Source: Vitrella brassicaformis CCMP3155 (lineage: Eukaryota; Protista; Chromerida). From it: DNA of 64,000 nucleotides. Made by a program: the position numbers and the translations under genes. Positions 23,730 through 37,043 of the stretch are shown here, piece after piece. The notes under the pieces were generated by a model. It worked only from the letters and a program-made list of their open reading frames with translations. It was not told the DNA's origin and did no database searches. The number at the start of each line of letters is the position of its first letter. Position 1 is the stretch's first letter. Location of the stretch: contig CDMY01000791.1 in NCBI GenBank assembly GCA_001179505.1, positions 201,880-265,879 on the forward strand, given 5' to 3'.

Positions 23730-24663
23730 AAGCCCCCAGCCCCAGCTCCGAGGGCGCCAAGCCTGGGAGAGGACAAAGAACTGGCCGAAGCCATGGACAT
23801 GCTCGAGAGCGCCATCAGCCACGCCGACTCCCTCAGCGACAGTGGCTACCCCAAGGAGCAGCTGATGGACATTGCCGTGATGGTGTGTGTCATCGATGCA
23901 CTCGAGAAGGCCTACTGCATCCTCACGGCCAACATCCCCCGATTCGACTTCGAGAAAAGAAACACGCCAGCTCAGAAGAAGCTGATGGCGCCCCTCGTGT
24001 CAATCTCAACCTTATCAAAGCGGCGGACGCATGGCTCGAGGAGACACCCGTGCAGCCGTCCGTCAGTCTAAGGCCCAATGGACGGCATATCATCAGGCGC
24101 CATATGAGGGGCAGGAAGAGGGACACAAGAACGAGGATGAGGCCGCGGACGGGAAAGAAGAGGTAGGGAGCACAGCATTCAAACGTGCCCTTGCCTCTCT
24201 TTTCCTTTGTGAAAGAGGTAGTGCTGTCTCCATACGACTTCCATCTCTCTCTCGATGGTGCAGGCAGTGCGGAGCCGCCGGACCAGATCCCATTCGACCG
24301 TATGTACCACATGCTCAAGTACATCATGGGTGGCAAGATCTCCATCCCAAGTGTGTGCCATCTCTGGGACTATCTCTGTCCTTCCTTTCTCCTCAGTTTT
24401 GGCGTGTCAACGGTCGTCTCAATCAAGACAGCAGCAGGATGCTCTACCCCCACGACCCACTAGCACTGGACAGCGAGGCCTCCTTTGCCACTGCCAGCAC
24501 CGATCGCATTCGATTCACCGTCGGCAGTGACGTGTACGCAACACAGAGGGAAGAAGGACGCGAATCGAAGTTTTCGTCTGCTTTCATCTGTCAGGTGGAA
24601 AGTCCCTCGCTCCTTTTGGTGGCGACGGCTCTTCTGCGCGGCCGGCCGGCGGCATCGAGATGA
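23730..24663 (+). pseudogene. Kinase-like fragment (K2) fused to unrelated exon pieces
   Basis: 23650-23950 matches 62840-63170 (same intron and KPPAPAPRAPSLGEDKELAEAMDMLESAISH...EQLMDIAVMVCVIDALEKAYCILTANIPRFDF), then switches at ~24050 to the segment shared with 21007. Confidence 0.55.
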
Positions 24664-24819
24664 GATCATCGGTAAGGGGACATGTCATGCACTATCACAA
24701 CTCATCACCGGTGAGCTGCAACGATGAGGCTGCGATAGGACGCCAGAAACAGCCTGACTTTTCGTCCTTGTTGGTGTCATTCAGGCTTTGCCGCGAGAGG
24801 ATGCAAATGTGAGTGAGCG

Positions 24820-26003
24820 ATGCGGTTCGTCTGCCCAGTCCTGGCGGAGCAGGCGTATGCACCGCCATCGACGTGGGTGTCGGCTGTGGTGACTGACAGC
24901 GATCCTACCTTCCTTCTGCAGAAGGGCATCACCGACCCCATCAGGGCTAGGCGAATATGGAACACCATTCTCCTCTGCAACGGCCTTAGCCACCGTTTCC
25001 TCACGGCAGCCAAGACGGCGCAGCTGGTAGAGGCGGGAACCGATTCTGCTGCGACAATTGTCACAGCACTGAGTTTGGTCTTCCGCAATCTGGACCGATG
25101 GCGTGGTGGGCGGCGGGAGGCCATTCGCGTCATGGGCGCCCTCATCAAGGGCGGGGCGGCAGGGCGGAAGCTCTCTCCGTACCACGCGAGTGCCTTCTCT
25201 CTCGAAGACGACGACGTGCTGGACGATCTTCTGAGCAGTGGCTGTGTGCAGCTGGGTCGCGGCTTTCCCATCCTCAGTCCATCCCTCCCCGCCGACCCGC
25301 CACATGACGGCTACGACACCCCCCGTGCCGTCGCGGAGCGGGCGAGGGCGGCCAAGCTCATGGAGGCGGGGGCGGAGCTGCTCGGTGGGACCTCGCCAAG
25401 GTGGCCGGGTACGGTGACATGAGGCTCTGGCATATGTTGGCCGCTCACAAGCGGTTCTTCCCCGGGCAGTGCACGAGCTGCCTCGTGTCCGCCATCAAAA
25501 CTGGCGCAGTCAGCATGACGCGTGAGCTGATGCTCAACAGAGACGCGATGTCCGTCGCTGCCGAAGCCCTCTGCGAGGCCCTGGACGACGAGCTGGACGA
25601 CGAGCTGGACGATGGGACCCTCGAGCAGGCATCGTTGGAGGAGCGGCAGCGGCTGTACGGCGGCACGAGCGAGGCATTCCACCTGGTGGTGGACATTGAC
25701 GAGACAAAGCAGGCACGCTCCCCTCACCTGTTGCCAGTGGTGAATCAGCGATTGGAGGGCGCATACCAGCACTATCTCAACCAGGTGAGAGTGGGACACA
25801 CATAAACCGAAGGGCACACACTCTCACCCACAGTCCTTCTTCTCCTTGACGGTGTCAGGTTCCTCTTCGTGTGAAGCGTGCGGCCAGGGCGGCCCTCCGA
25901 TCCCTCACCGCCATCCTATCCTCTCCTCTGATGCCCGTATCGCCCCCACTCTCGGCCCGCTGCTCATCGAGGAGGCCCCCCGACACATCCAGTTCCCGTC
26001 GAC
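24820..26003 (+). pseudogene. Ankyrin-like family B gene, frameshifted and 3'-truncated
   Basis: Ankyrin-like VMGALIKGGA and AKLMEAGAE; frameshift near 25380 relative to the 21.8 kb copy. The conserved ...AYQHYLNQ|intron|V.....R..AAL..L boundary is shared with 47530; LGPLLIEEAPRHIQFP is cut at 26003. Confidence 0.6.
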
Positions 26004-27075
26004 AGATTATCGGTGCCTACATTTTATATTCGTTGAGCTTCTTCTTCCTTGAGACCTGCACTGAGTTGCCCGCAGCTCTTCCCCCATCCGGACTCTCTGT
26101 CCTTTTGCAGACAACTGACCACCCTTTCCTGTTTAAATGTTGACATCCGTGTGGTTGTCTGTCCACACTCAGAGTGTCGCATAAGCACAACATTCATCGA
26201 ATACGAACCTTCATTCAGTCGACACGCACCATCGAACCCCCCCTCTAGTCAATTGAATGAAGGCTAGTTAACACACGACAGTGACACATCTGTCCATCCC
26301 CTGTTTGCTTGCGCCTGCCTGCCTATCCATCGATCCATCTGGATGAGTGTGCCGTTCCAGTCAATGCTGGGGTTCATCAATGAGCTTTCCTGCCAACGGA
26401 TCTCAGCTCTTGCTGCTCGGCTGATGATGCCACAGCACATTCACCGACCAGGCATCAGCGTGTCGCTGACCACGCACTATCAACACCAGCTCGTGATGAC
26501 TCGCCGTCGGCATGTCCTCCTCTCATCTACAGCGTCTCCACACAGAATGAGTCGGATGTGCGCCTGACGCGCTGCATTTGTGTGTATGGTGTTGTAGCCG
26601 TCAGACATCGTTTCTCTCCACCACAGAGAAAACGGAGAGAAGGGAGACTGCAGGCAAAGAGAGAGAAAGGAGAGGCCTTGATCTGATCTGGCTCCTTCAT
26701 GTGTCGTGTGTGTTTGTAACTGCCTGCCTCGTCGAAATTGGAATCAGCTCTGCATCATGCTGGTGTGAAAGGCTCTCGCAGCTGTGTAATCAGCGATTGG
26801 CAAGGGATCGTCAGATGCAGATCCTTTGCGGCATCGAGATGGAGAAAAAGGCTTCCTGGGCGCACTGATGAAACGACACATCGATCGCCAGGAGGAAAGT
26901 GGGCTGCGTGGCACACTATCAGTTTGTATGACATACGTTAACTCATAGCGCAACGGCAGGCAGAGTCTGCCGGTCTCTCATGAAATGAACTGCGTCAGCA
27001 TCGACCAACCCTCAATCATGCGACAAACTATCAGTTTGAGTGGCGTGGAGGTTCACCTGCTCAGCCATTGCTGCT

Positions 27076-28399
27076 CAGTGCCTTGATCACTACCGTGATG
27101 CGATGCTCCCGCCTCCCTTTGTACCTCCCGCCGTCAGTCACTGAGATGCGATCGATGCTGCCATGAGCTGAAAGGAACAGAACAGATAGCAGAGTGGCCA
27201 CGACAAGCGTTATTGCTTTCGGTGCTGAAGGCCCTCGCTGCTTTCTCACATCCACCTCACACATCTCATCTCACCTTTGGCACTTAAGTCCTTCGAGTGC
27301 GACGCATCCTTCGCCAGTAGCCAAGAAAACAGGAAGGTGATCTCCGAGCTTTGCAAGCTCAAGGAACCAGGGCGAAAATCGCTTTCTCGGCTTTGCCCAG
27401 CCAATTTTCCTCTCTGAATGTGTACGAGGCGACGCACTGAAGGAACTCAGCCGATAAAATCAGAAAACGAATTTGCCACTGTTGAGAAAATCAGCCGTTC
27501 GATCCTCACTCGATCGGCTTCTGCGGCCGCTGCCGAGGGCCTGATGGGCTGCCCGAGGGGCTGGGCGGCCTCTTGACGGCCGCCGTGACCGGTCCGCGAG
27601 GCAAAAAGACGAAGGCAATGAGTCCCCTTCGCCATCAGCACACTCGGCTGGGGTGAGTGGGTGTGTGAGTGCGGTGGCGTCAAGTATCGGCACGTATGCA
27701 TAGCGCCATGCAGTGCGGTCAGCACGGCGGAGGTCTGGCAAGTCACGCTAACACAATGAAGACAGCACAGAGTACAATGGGCGACATGGTGTGTCTTGGA
27801 AGGATGGAACACACTGAGAGGGAGATACCTGTCTGTCTGTCTGTCTGTCTGTCCGATGACACAGCGAGGCGCCCGTCATCCGCCCGCCCACCTATCCGTC
27901 CATCTAAGCCATTGGCAGCACATCAGCGACTCATCAGCGTAGTGGAAAAAGAGGCATGACATCCAGACGGCCCGACCCACACACAGCTGGTGTGTATGTA
28001 TCCCGCTCTCCAACACACCCATAGGTATCATGTGTGTGTATGGTTGAATGGACGAAGCGGCCTGCCGTCCAATGCAGTGACGCGTGGGTGGGGCACTGCC
28101 TGAATGGCAATGCCATACACCACACATACGGCCAGTAAACGACACACTCCCATCGCAACGCAACACTTACAGAAACTCTCTCTCTCTCTGTCAGTCTGGC
28201 GCGTATCTGTCTGTCAGTGTCCGAGGGGTCAAAGCAGCCACACGAGTGGACCGGATCGGTGGGCCAATGTCATGTGGCCGCACCGAAGATGCGCACAAAT
28301 GGGAAAAGAATGGCATTCACCCGATGCAGTCAGTCGATGTGGTCGAATTACATACAGACGGATCTACACGACCGAGTGGGCCAGCCAGTCAGTCAGTGA
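27076..28399 (+). repeat. Dispersed non-coding module, copy 1
   Basis: 27076-27850 matches 55365-56140; 27455-28399 matches 32998-33780. Confidence 0.85.
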
Positions 28400-28699
28400 N
28401 NNNNNNNNNNNNNNNNNNNNNNNNNNNNNNNNNNNNNNNNNNNNNNNNNNNNNNNNNNNNNNNNNNNNNNNNNNNNNNNNNNNNNNNNNNNNNNNNNNNN
28501 NNNNNNNNNNNNNNNNNNNNNNNNNNNNNNNNNNNNNNNNNNNNNNNNNNNNNNNNNNNNNNNNNNNNNNNNNNNNNNNNNNNNNNNNNNNNNNNNNNNN
28601 NNNNNNNNNNNNNNNNNNNNNNNNNNNNNNNNNNNNNNNNNNNNNNNNNNNNNNNNNNNNNNNNNNNNNNNNNNNNNNNNNNNNNNNNNNNNNNNNNNN
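28400..28699. other. Assembly gap (300 N)
   Basis: Run of N. Confidence 1.
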
Positions 28700-29096
28700 C
28701 GTCAGATGTGTCGCTTGCCTCTCCTTCTACGCCACTCGCCTCGCCAGCACCGACCTGAGGGCACACCACACCACACGAAGCCATGCAAGTGCACCCACAT
28801 CCCGCACATATGTCGACGTCCGCACCTGTGAGCTGTCGATGATTCGCCTCATGTCGTCGACTTGCGACTCGATGCGCATCAGCCCCTCAGACAGCCGACC
28901 AGAAAGGGCGTCTCGGGTCGCCGACAGATCGACGCACTGACACATAAGAAGCCAATACATGAGGCACGTGCTTACGGAAGCGACCGGGCGCATACCTGTG
29001 TCTGCAGTGTGTCGGCGAGGTCACGCATGAGATCCAGCCCCGCCCGCATGCGATGGAGTAAGTCACGATCACTGACGGCCTGCACGACATGAGCGC

Positions 29097-29128
<32 letters not shown>

Positions 29129-29349
29129 CACACACGTGTTGGTGCGACAAGATGAGCCCGGTGCTGAGTGCCCACCTGATTGTTCGCGGCATGAGTGGCA
29201 CTGCCGGGCAGACGAGTCGCAGATGACCCACTGCCAGCACCACCACCGTCACGCTCACCTGCCACACAGACGGACAAGACAGCCATGGCTGATGAATGCC
29301 CGCCTGCTTCCCTCCGCTTGTGTGAGTGCACTTCACCTGCCGCTTCCAT
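28700..29349 (-). pseudogene. Family A 5' module, inverted copy
   Basis: Reverse complement is near-identical to 60536-61175 (MEAA|GERDGGGAGSGSSATRLPG...|AVSDRDLLHRMRAGLDLMRDLADTLQTQ|CVDLSATRD...). Confidence 0.7.
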
Positions 29350-31029
29350 CGTTAGGCCCCGGTTGTCCTGTCCTACTCTCCGCCGATGCCAATCGCTTCC
29401 ATGGTCACACGAGCAGCGATGTGGGTGCCGCTGTCGTCGTCTTCTATCGTCCGCCGCTGACCACCTCTCTCACCATACGCAGCATGGAAAGCAGGATCAT
29501 CCTCCAACGATTCGGACTCGGTCTTCGTCCTTCCCGTTTCGCCTGCCGCTAAGAAAACGTCACGGAAGGCATCTCACTCGCCTCAGAGAGAGCGCTTTTT
29601 TTGCGAGCTTTTGAAAAGTTGCATGCATTTCGAGCTGACATGGCATCGCGGAGGGTCGTTGTGCAGTCAAAGGATGGCCGTCTTCACGCACGCAATGAGC
29701 GAGGTCGGCTCAAGTACAAGAGAAAAAAGCACCGATGATTGACTGATGCATGCTGTTTCTGCTTCAGATGATGGAAGTGATCCCATTTCACTGCCTCAGA
29801 TCACAAGGGCAGTGCTGCGGCCACTGCTGCCAAGATCAACAAACTGCTTCACAACAGCTGCCAAGATGGCGAACAGCACTGGGTGCTGTTGATCAGTGAA
29901 GCGCCATCTTCATCAAGTCGCTGGACGTGCTCTCTTTAAGAACGCTGTACTTTCAGCTGAGGTACTGACACGACACCCATCTACCATTCCGCTCAGGTGC
30001 GACACATGGCGAATTTCCCCTGTCCAGGTGTTCTTGTGAGATCCAAGTGCTCCGCAGTGCCCCTGCACCCCCTCACGGCAAATGGCCATTGCCGGCGGTG
30101 TGATGAAGTTCCTTTCTTTGCAACTGGTTGCCAACGACGGGTCCCACCGACTCTACTTTGATGTCGGAATTCACGCCGCACATTCAGACACCCGGACATC
30201 CACCTCTCTGTCTCCCTCTTTGCTTGTGTGTCTGTAGGGTCGATCTCTTGAGCGGCAGCTGGACCTTCTCGGCGTCAGTGTCTGCATCGGCGGACAGACC
30301 CCCACAACCGGCCACTAGGTACCTCCACGCGCACGAAACTGCACACACATGCACCCCATCGCTTTCTGTGGTGACTTGGCGCCCCTCCCCAGTGTTGTTG
30401 TCGATGCTGCCCGGCCGCATAGTCTCCCTCTGTGCCAACACGACCACCAGCAGGCAGGCAGCAGCACAGGGCGAGGAGGGGATGGACGGCCGCAGTGTGT
30501 GCACCGTGTGTCGCTGCTATCGATGAGTTTGGCTTTGTCGTTTTCTTTTTCTGCAGCGTGTTGGGCCTCCGTCGCGCACCCTGCGGCGCGCGAAGAGACA
30601 GTCGCGGGGTGGCGGGGCCCCGTCTTGCGCACAACGGCACGCCCGTTGTATTCCCTTGCTTGTCGAGATTGGCTGCTGGTTGTGCGGATGGCTGACCGGA
30701 CGACTGGCTGTCTGTTTGTCGTGCCTGGCTGTTGTTGGCTTCTTTTTGGCTGGGCCATTCGCTCGACGACTGTTTGACAATGAGGGCTGGAGAGGGAGGG
30801 AGGGAGGGAGGGAGGGCCTTCTTACACAGCCGATCGCTGTCCGCATTTATATCTGACTGATTTGGTCCTTTGAGAAGATGTCACGCTGCCTGGCGAGTGA
30901 TTCTGGCTTAGTGATTGTGGACATCGAGAGTATCGCTAAGCGTCTTTTGTTCATGGGATTCGCATCAAATGGATCGTTACGCCGTTTGTCGCTTTGGAGT
31001 CTTCTCACATTCATGCACACGACTCAACA

Positions 31030-31395
31030 ACATGGATACACTTACCCCCGCTTCATGGCCCGATTGACCAGCCCCCCGCGCGGTTGGTCTTCGGCCTGGT
31101 GCACAGCCAAGTACAGACAAGGGCACTCGTATCTATCAAGTGTGTTGTGCCTCTGACCCAAATCCGCATAAGTACCGTGAAGTAGTAGTGCTCCTGGTTG
31201 TGGGGGGCAGTGCTCTTCTCTGAGAGCTGGTGGGCGAGCTTCTCCTTCCTGCGAAAGAAGAGACAGGAACATGATAATCAGTTAAAGCCTGTCGTCTCAG
31301 GTCTGCGAGTGTTATTGGTGGCCCACTGGGCGGCAAACTCCTCCTCAGACATCCCCACCCCGGCCAGCAGCTCCGCCTCGACTTCTTTGATGGCC
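31030..31395 (-). pseudogene. Possible small-exon gene remnant
   Basis: Coding-like short exons AIKEVEAELLAGVGMSEEEFAAQWATNN and KEKLAHQLSEKSTAPHNQEHYYFT flanked by splice-like signals; no continuous frame established. Confidence 0.25.
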
Positions 31396-32049
31396 TACAC
31401 ACACACGGGGAGCGAGTGGGTGAGTGTGTGAGTGCGTGTCATTGTATTATGTATATGTTTGTTGTCTCCTTGCTTGAGGGAAGTATTGATCCAATGGCCT
31501 TGTGTCCCCCCCGTCCCTCCTCCCCCACAGCTCATACGCCCTCCCTATGTACCTGTGTGACAGACACACACAGACAAATGGGAGGAAGGCAGGGAAAGAG
31601 AGGAATCGGTCGGTCAATCAGTGTGTGGCCCCACGGACAGTTTAGCGAATGTGGTGTCGGGTGGGTAGTTGTGGCCCCCTCCTGATCCCTCGCCCCCTCC
31701 CCCCTCTTCCCCTCCTCCCTCGCCCTCATCTGACGAGACATCGGAGAGGAGACACACAAGTCCAAATGACAGGCAGTCCGGCCGTTATATGTTATCCCAC
31801 CCTCTTCCATGTCGGCCCCCTCCTCCTGCTGCTTCTCATCCCTGAAGGGCATAGAACAGACAAGCCACACCAGGTCGACAGACAGGCTGCATGAGCGGGT
31901 CGATCGGCTTGCTTCTCACTCTTCTTCCTCTCCCTGCTCCTGTGCATCCCTCGCCGCCGCCCTGTCGGAACAGTCAGTCAAACAGAAAACCGTCCATGTG
32001 AGACACGATGTGTGTATGTGAAGACAGCGGCCGTTTGTCGTGCTCCGCC

Positions 32050-32440
32050 TTACGCTGCCTGGCGCTTCTTCCTCCGGCTCGCCTTGCTCCTCTTCTTCTT
32101 CGACGAGTTGTTGACGCCCCTCGTCGCCTTGTTGAGCTGCTGCTTGCTCTCCGTCGCCCTCAGCTCCTCCTGGGTGTGGGCATACGGGCACTGCACTCGG
32201 GAGGAAATGAAGAGACAAAAGTACACACAGCATGGGCCACAGTGCGTGCACTCAGGCAACTGGATCCTCACGTTTGCGTCGAGGCAGCCCCAGGGGCTGT
32301 TGATGTACTGGCACATCCTTGTCTTGTACTTGGCGGCGGCGAGACGCCTGTCCGATTGATTCGTGTCGAACATTGCCGCAACACTTACTGTTCAGCTGCT
32401 GCCTTCGCTTGCCACTTACGGGGTTTGATACTTGTAAAAG
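32050..32440 (-). CDS. Small CCCH zinc-finger protein (single TIS11-like finger) with basic tail
   Basis: Spliced KYKTRMCQYINSPWGCLDAN|CPYAHTQEELR (intron 32271-32191; C-x8-C-x4-C-x3-H), followed by SKKKRSKASRRKKRQAA*. 5' end uncertain; may be a remnant. Confidence 0.7.
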
Positions 32441-32929
32441 GCGGGCGCTACCTGCAGAAGAAGATGGAAGCACAGCCCGTAGTGTAATGCACAAACGCCC
32501 GCAGCGTCCGCCTCGGTGGTCGTCTGCTTACCGTCCTCTGGCCGCTGCTCGCCATCTCAACCACACTGCGATACTTCAGCGGATCGCAGCAGTCTCACTT
32601 GGGGGAGGCCCCCACATCGTCTCCGAGTCGATGACGCGACAGCTCTGTAATGGGGGTCGTCAGATGCAGATCTATCCGAAGGAGGTCTTGTGGCTGCAGA
32701 CTGCAGGAATATAGAGAGAAACGAGAGGCCCTGATCTGATCTGGCTCCTTGTTCATGCACCCCGTTGACAACGTCCTAAAGGCAGGCAGGAAAATCAGGC
32801 AGCAGAATCGCAGCAACTCTGCATCATGCTGGTGTGAAAGGCTCTCGCAGCTGTGTAATCAAAGGCATTGAGATGGAGGAAAGGCTTCAGGCTTGCGAGC
32901 TGAAAAAATGGCCCGGATTTCCTTTGCTC

Positions 32930-33780
32930 GGCTTTCGGTGCGGTTTTCTCATCAGATCCGTTAGCGCAATCACAGAGAGAAGGCATCTGGCCAATAATAT
33001 CAGAAAACGAATCTGCCACTGTTGAGAAAATCAGCCATTCGATCCTCACTCGATCGGCTTCTGCGGCCGCTGCCGAGGGCCTGTTGGGCTGCCCGGGGGG
33101 CTGGGGGCCTCTTGACGGCCGCCGTGACCGGCAAGAAAGGCAAAAAGACGAAGGCAATGAGTCCCCTTCGCCATCAGCACACTCGGCTGGGGTGTGTGAG
33201 AGTGCGGTGGCGTCAAGTATCGGCACGTATGTATAGCGCCATGCAGTGCGGTCAGCAGGGCGGGGGTCTGGCAAGTCACGCAAACACAATGAAGACAGCA
33301 CAGAGTGCAATGGGCGACATGGTGTGTCTTGGAAGGATGGAACACACTGAGAGGGAGATGCCTGTCTGTCTGTCTGTCTGTCCGATGACACAGCGAGGCG
33401 CCCGTCATCCGCCCGCCCACCTATCCGTCCGTTTAAGCCATTGGCAGCACATCAGCGTAGTGGAAGCATGACACCGAGCAAAACGGGCCACTCTCATACA
33501 GCCAGCAAACGACACACTCTCAGCCATCGCAACGCAACACTTACAGAAACTCTCTCTCTCTCTCTGTGTCAGTCTGGCGCGTATCTGTCTGTCAGTGTCC
33601 GAGAGGTCAAAGCAGCCACACGAGTGGACCGGATCGGTGGGCCAATGTCATGTGGCCGCACCGAAGATGCGCACAAATGGGAAAAGAATGGCATTCACCC
33701 GATGCAGTCAGTCGATGTGGTCGAATTACATACAGACGGATCTACACGACCGAGTGGGCCAGCCAGTCAGTCAGTGATAT
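32930..33780 (+). repeat. Dispersed non-coding module, copy 2
   Basis: 32998-33780 matches 27455-28399; 32930-33056 matches 51060-51193. Confidence 0.85.
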
Positions 33781-35210
33781 TATGTACACCGCACAACTGG
33801 ATGTGTGTGTGTGTCTTCCCGGCGCCTTTGCGGAGACGACAGCACAGCACAGCACCGCAGATGGACAGACAGACAAGGCAGACAGGCACCGGAAGGAACG
33901 TATCAGCCAGCCAGCGATAATACAACCAAAACAGCCTCGTGTGTGTGAGGGGCAGCTTCATCAGTGTGTCCCTGGTGGGTATGAGCGACGGCAGTTTACA
34001 AAGCAGAGAGAGTGCGGCAGGGCAAAACAATTCAGCAACTCGGCAGGAAGGTCAACGTACCCACACAGAATGAAAGCAATGGGTCATAAATCGACAGCAT
34101 TGTCTGGTGGGTGGCAGGCAATGCAGTCCGCGCGCTCAGTCAGCCGCCACCAATTGACCCTCCAACACACAACACCACACACCACGAGATGCAAAGATAC
34201 CTGGCTGACGCGGGCGAGAAGTACAGATGAGATGAGTGAGTGACTGAGTGAGTATTGGCAGCCGGCCATGTGTGTCGACACAGCCGCCCACAGGTAATTC
34301 ACCAAGTGGCGGACGGGATGGGCAGGCAGCTCCCCGCCCACCACATCGATGCAGTCAGTCAGCGTACACACGAGGGCACATAATACATAGAGAGGTACGA
34401 ATGCAGGCCAGGCCAGGAGAGGGCCATTGTGTGTGTGGATGCGATCGATGGCTTAAACCACACGTGGACCTCTCTCCCTCCGCCACTTCCACACGACCCA
34501 GACGAACAGCACACACATCGATGTATATGTGTGTGGCTGGCGGCTGCGAGAGAGAGAGAGAGTGAGTAGAAGTCCCTGGTGCACTGCAGGTGCCTCCCTC
34601 CCTCCCCCCTCCCCCCTCCCACGCCACTGGTGCCGTTGTCAGTCATTTCCCTCTGGCCTTTGCACGACGACAGGTGGGCAGACTGACTGACAGACACAGA
34701 CAGACAGGGAGGGCTGAGGGGGGGCGAGTAGCTGACAAATACACGCATCCATCCATCCATCCATCCATCAGTCAGTCAGTGTGGGTCCTTCACTGGTGCA
34801 CGTGAACATCGGATCGGTCGCCGAGGGCAAACACACTTAAACCATTGCTGGCAAAGCAGCATAGGGAGGGAGGGAGGGAAGCCATACATCCACAGGTCGT
34901 GTGAGTGACTGACTGAGTGAGTGAATGGCAAGTCGTCCTATCGACAGATGATTGGGGCCGCCGCCGTCGGCAGAAAGACGGCGACCCCTCAGCCCGACAC
35001 AAATAACACGACAGACAGCAAGGAAGCGGCAAGAACGGATCAAAACTTGGCTGCCTGGCGTCTGTCCAGGTCATGAGGCAGCTGGCCTGGACGACCTGTG
35101 TGTGTGTGGTGAGATGGATGAGCAACAAACAAATACATCCGGTGGGTGGGAGTATAGCAGAGTGTTCATACAGACAGACAGCCACACTGACACACACAGC
35201 TGGCGGCACA

Positions 35211-35510
35211 NNNNNNNNNNNNNNNNNNNNNNNNNNNNNNNNNNNNNNNNNNNNNNNNNNNNNNNNNNNNNNNNNNNNNNNNNNNNNNNNNNNNNNNNNN
35301 NNNNNNNNNNNNNNNNNNNNNNNNNNNNNNNNNNNNNNNNNNNNNNNNNNNNNNNNNNNNNNNNNNNNNNNNNNNNNNNNNNNNNNNNNNNNNNNNNNNN
35401 NNNNNNNNNNNNNNNNNNNNNNNNNNNNNNNNNNNNNNNNNNNNNNNNNNNNNNNNNNNNNNNNNNNNNNNNNNNNNNNNNNNNNNNNNNNNNNNNNNNN
35501 NNNNNNNNNN
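35211..35510. other. Assembly gap (300 N)
   Basis: Run of N. Confidence 1.
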
Positions 35511-36743
35511 TCCCTGGTGCACTGCAGGTGCCTCCCTCCCTCCCCCCTCCCCCCTCCCACGCCACTGGTGCCGTTGTCAGTCATTTCCCTCTGGCCTTTG
35601 CACGACGACAGGTGGGCAGACTGACTGACAGACACAGACAGACAGGGAGGGCTGAGGGGGGGCGAGTAGCTGACAAATACACGCATCCATCCATCCATCC
35701 ATCCATCAGTCAGTCAGTGTGGGTCCTTCACTGGTGCACGTGAACATCGGATCGGTCGCCGAGGGCAAACACACTTAAACCATTGCTGGCAAAGCAGCAT
35801 AGGGAGGGAGGGAGGGAAGCCATACATCCACAGGTCGTGTGAGTGACTGACTGAGTGAGTGAATGGCAAGTCGTCCTATCGACAGATGATTGGGGCCGCC
35901 GCCGTCGGCAGAAAGACGGCGACCCCTCAGCCCGACACAAATAACACGACAGACAGCAAGGAAGCGGCAAGAACGGATCAAAACTTGGCTGCCTGGCGTC
36001 TGTCCAGGTCATGAGGCAGCTGGCCTGGACGACCTGTGTGTGTGTGGTGAGATGGATGAGCAACAAACAAATACATCCGGTGGGTGGGAGTATAGCAGAG
36101 TGTTCATACAGACAGACAGCCACACTGACACACACAGCTGGCGGCACAAACAGGGGTATCTGTCTGTCTGTCTGTCTGTGTCGGCACATTCGGCCGCCCC
36201 GTCGCCCTTTGTTGTGGGGGCCCGCCAGTGCGTGAGTGCTCAGGCAGACAGGCAACGAAGGCTGTGGTGCGTACACACCCAGACAGACAGACAGACAGAC
36301 AGGTTTGTATGCATGTCCGTGAAGCGCATCCACACACTTGTACAGACAGACGGCTGGTGCCACTTCGCCTGTGGGTCGGGGGCACGTGCACTCGCTGGCT
36401 GCCTCGGCGGGGGATGTGTGTATGCTCAGAGGTACATGAGATGTTGGAAAACGGGACAGAGGCCGTCCGATCGATCGATTGACATGATGGGATCTCTCTC
36501 TCTCGCTCGCTTCACTCTGTCCTCGAGACCCCCCACAACAGCCAGCCACACCAGCCAGCCAGCCAGCCACACCAGCCAGCCAGCCTCCCATCGGTTGTGT
36601 ATGAATCGACCAGCCTGTCAGCAACGGCACTGTACTGCCGGCACGACCGACCAGTATCGGTGCGCATCTGTGGACCAGCCAATACGATCCACATCCATCC
36701 ATCCAGCCATCCATTCATCCATCGGCCACAGCAACAAGGCACA

Positions 36744-37043
36744 NNNNNNNNNNNNNNNNNNNNNNNNNNNNNNNNNNNNNNNNNNNNNNNNNNNNNNNNN
36801 NNNNNNNNNNNNNNNNNNNNNNNNNNNNNNNNNNNNNNNNNNNNNNNNNNNNNNNNNNNNNNNNNNNNNNNNNNNNNNNNNNNNNNNNNNNNNNNNNNNN
36901 NNNNNNNNNNNNNNNNNNNNNNNNNNNNNNNNNNNNNNNNNNNNNNNNNNNNNNNNNNNNNNNNNNNNNNNNNNNNNNNNNNNNNNNNNNNNNNNNNNNN
37001 NNNNNNNNNNNNNNNNNNNNNNNNNNNNNNNNNNNNNNNNNNN
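36744..37043. other. Assembly gap (300 N)
   Basis: Run of N. Confidence 1.

Noticed and set aside
34573-36148. Apparent perfect 638-bp tandem repeat
   Set aside because: The copies appear identical and flank a fixed 300-N gap; most simply an unmerged contig overlap.
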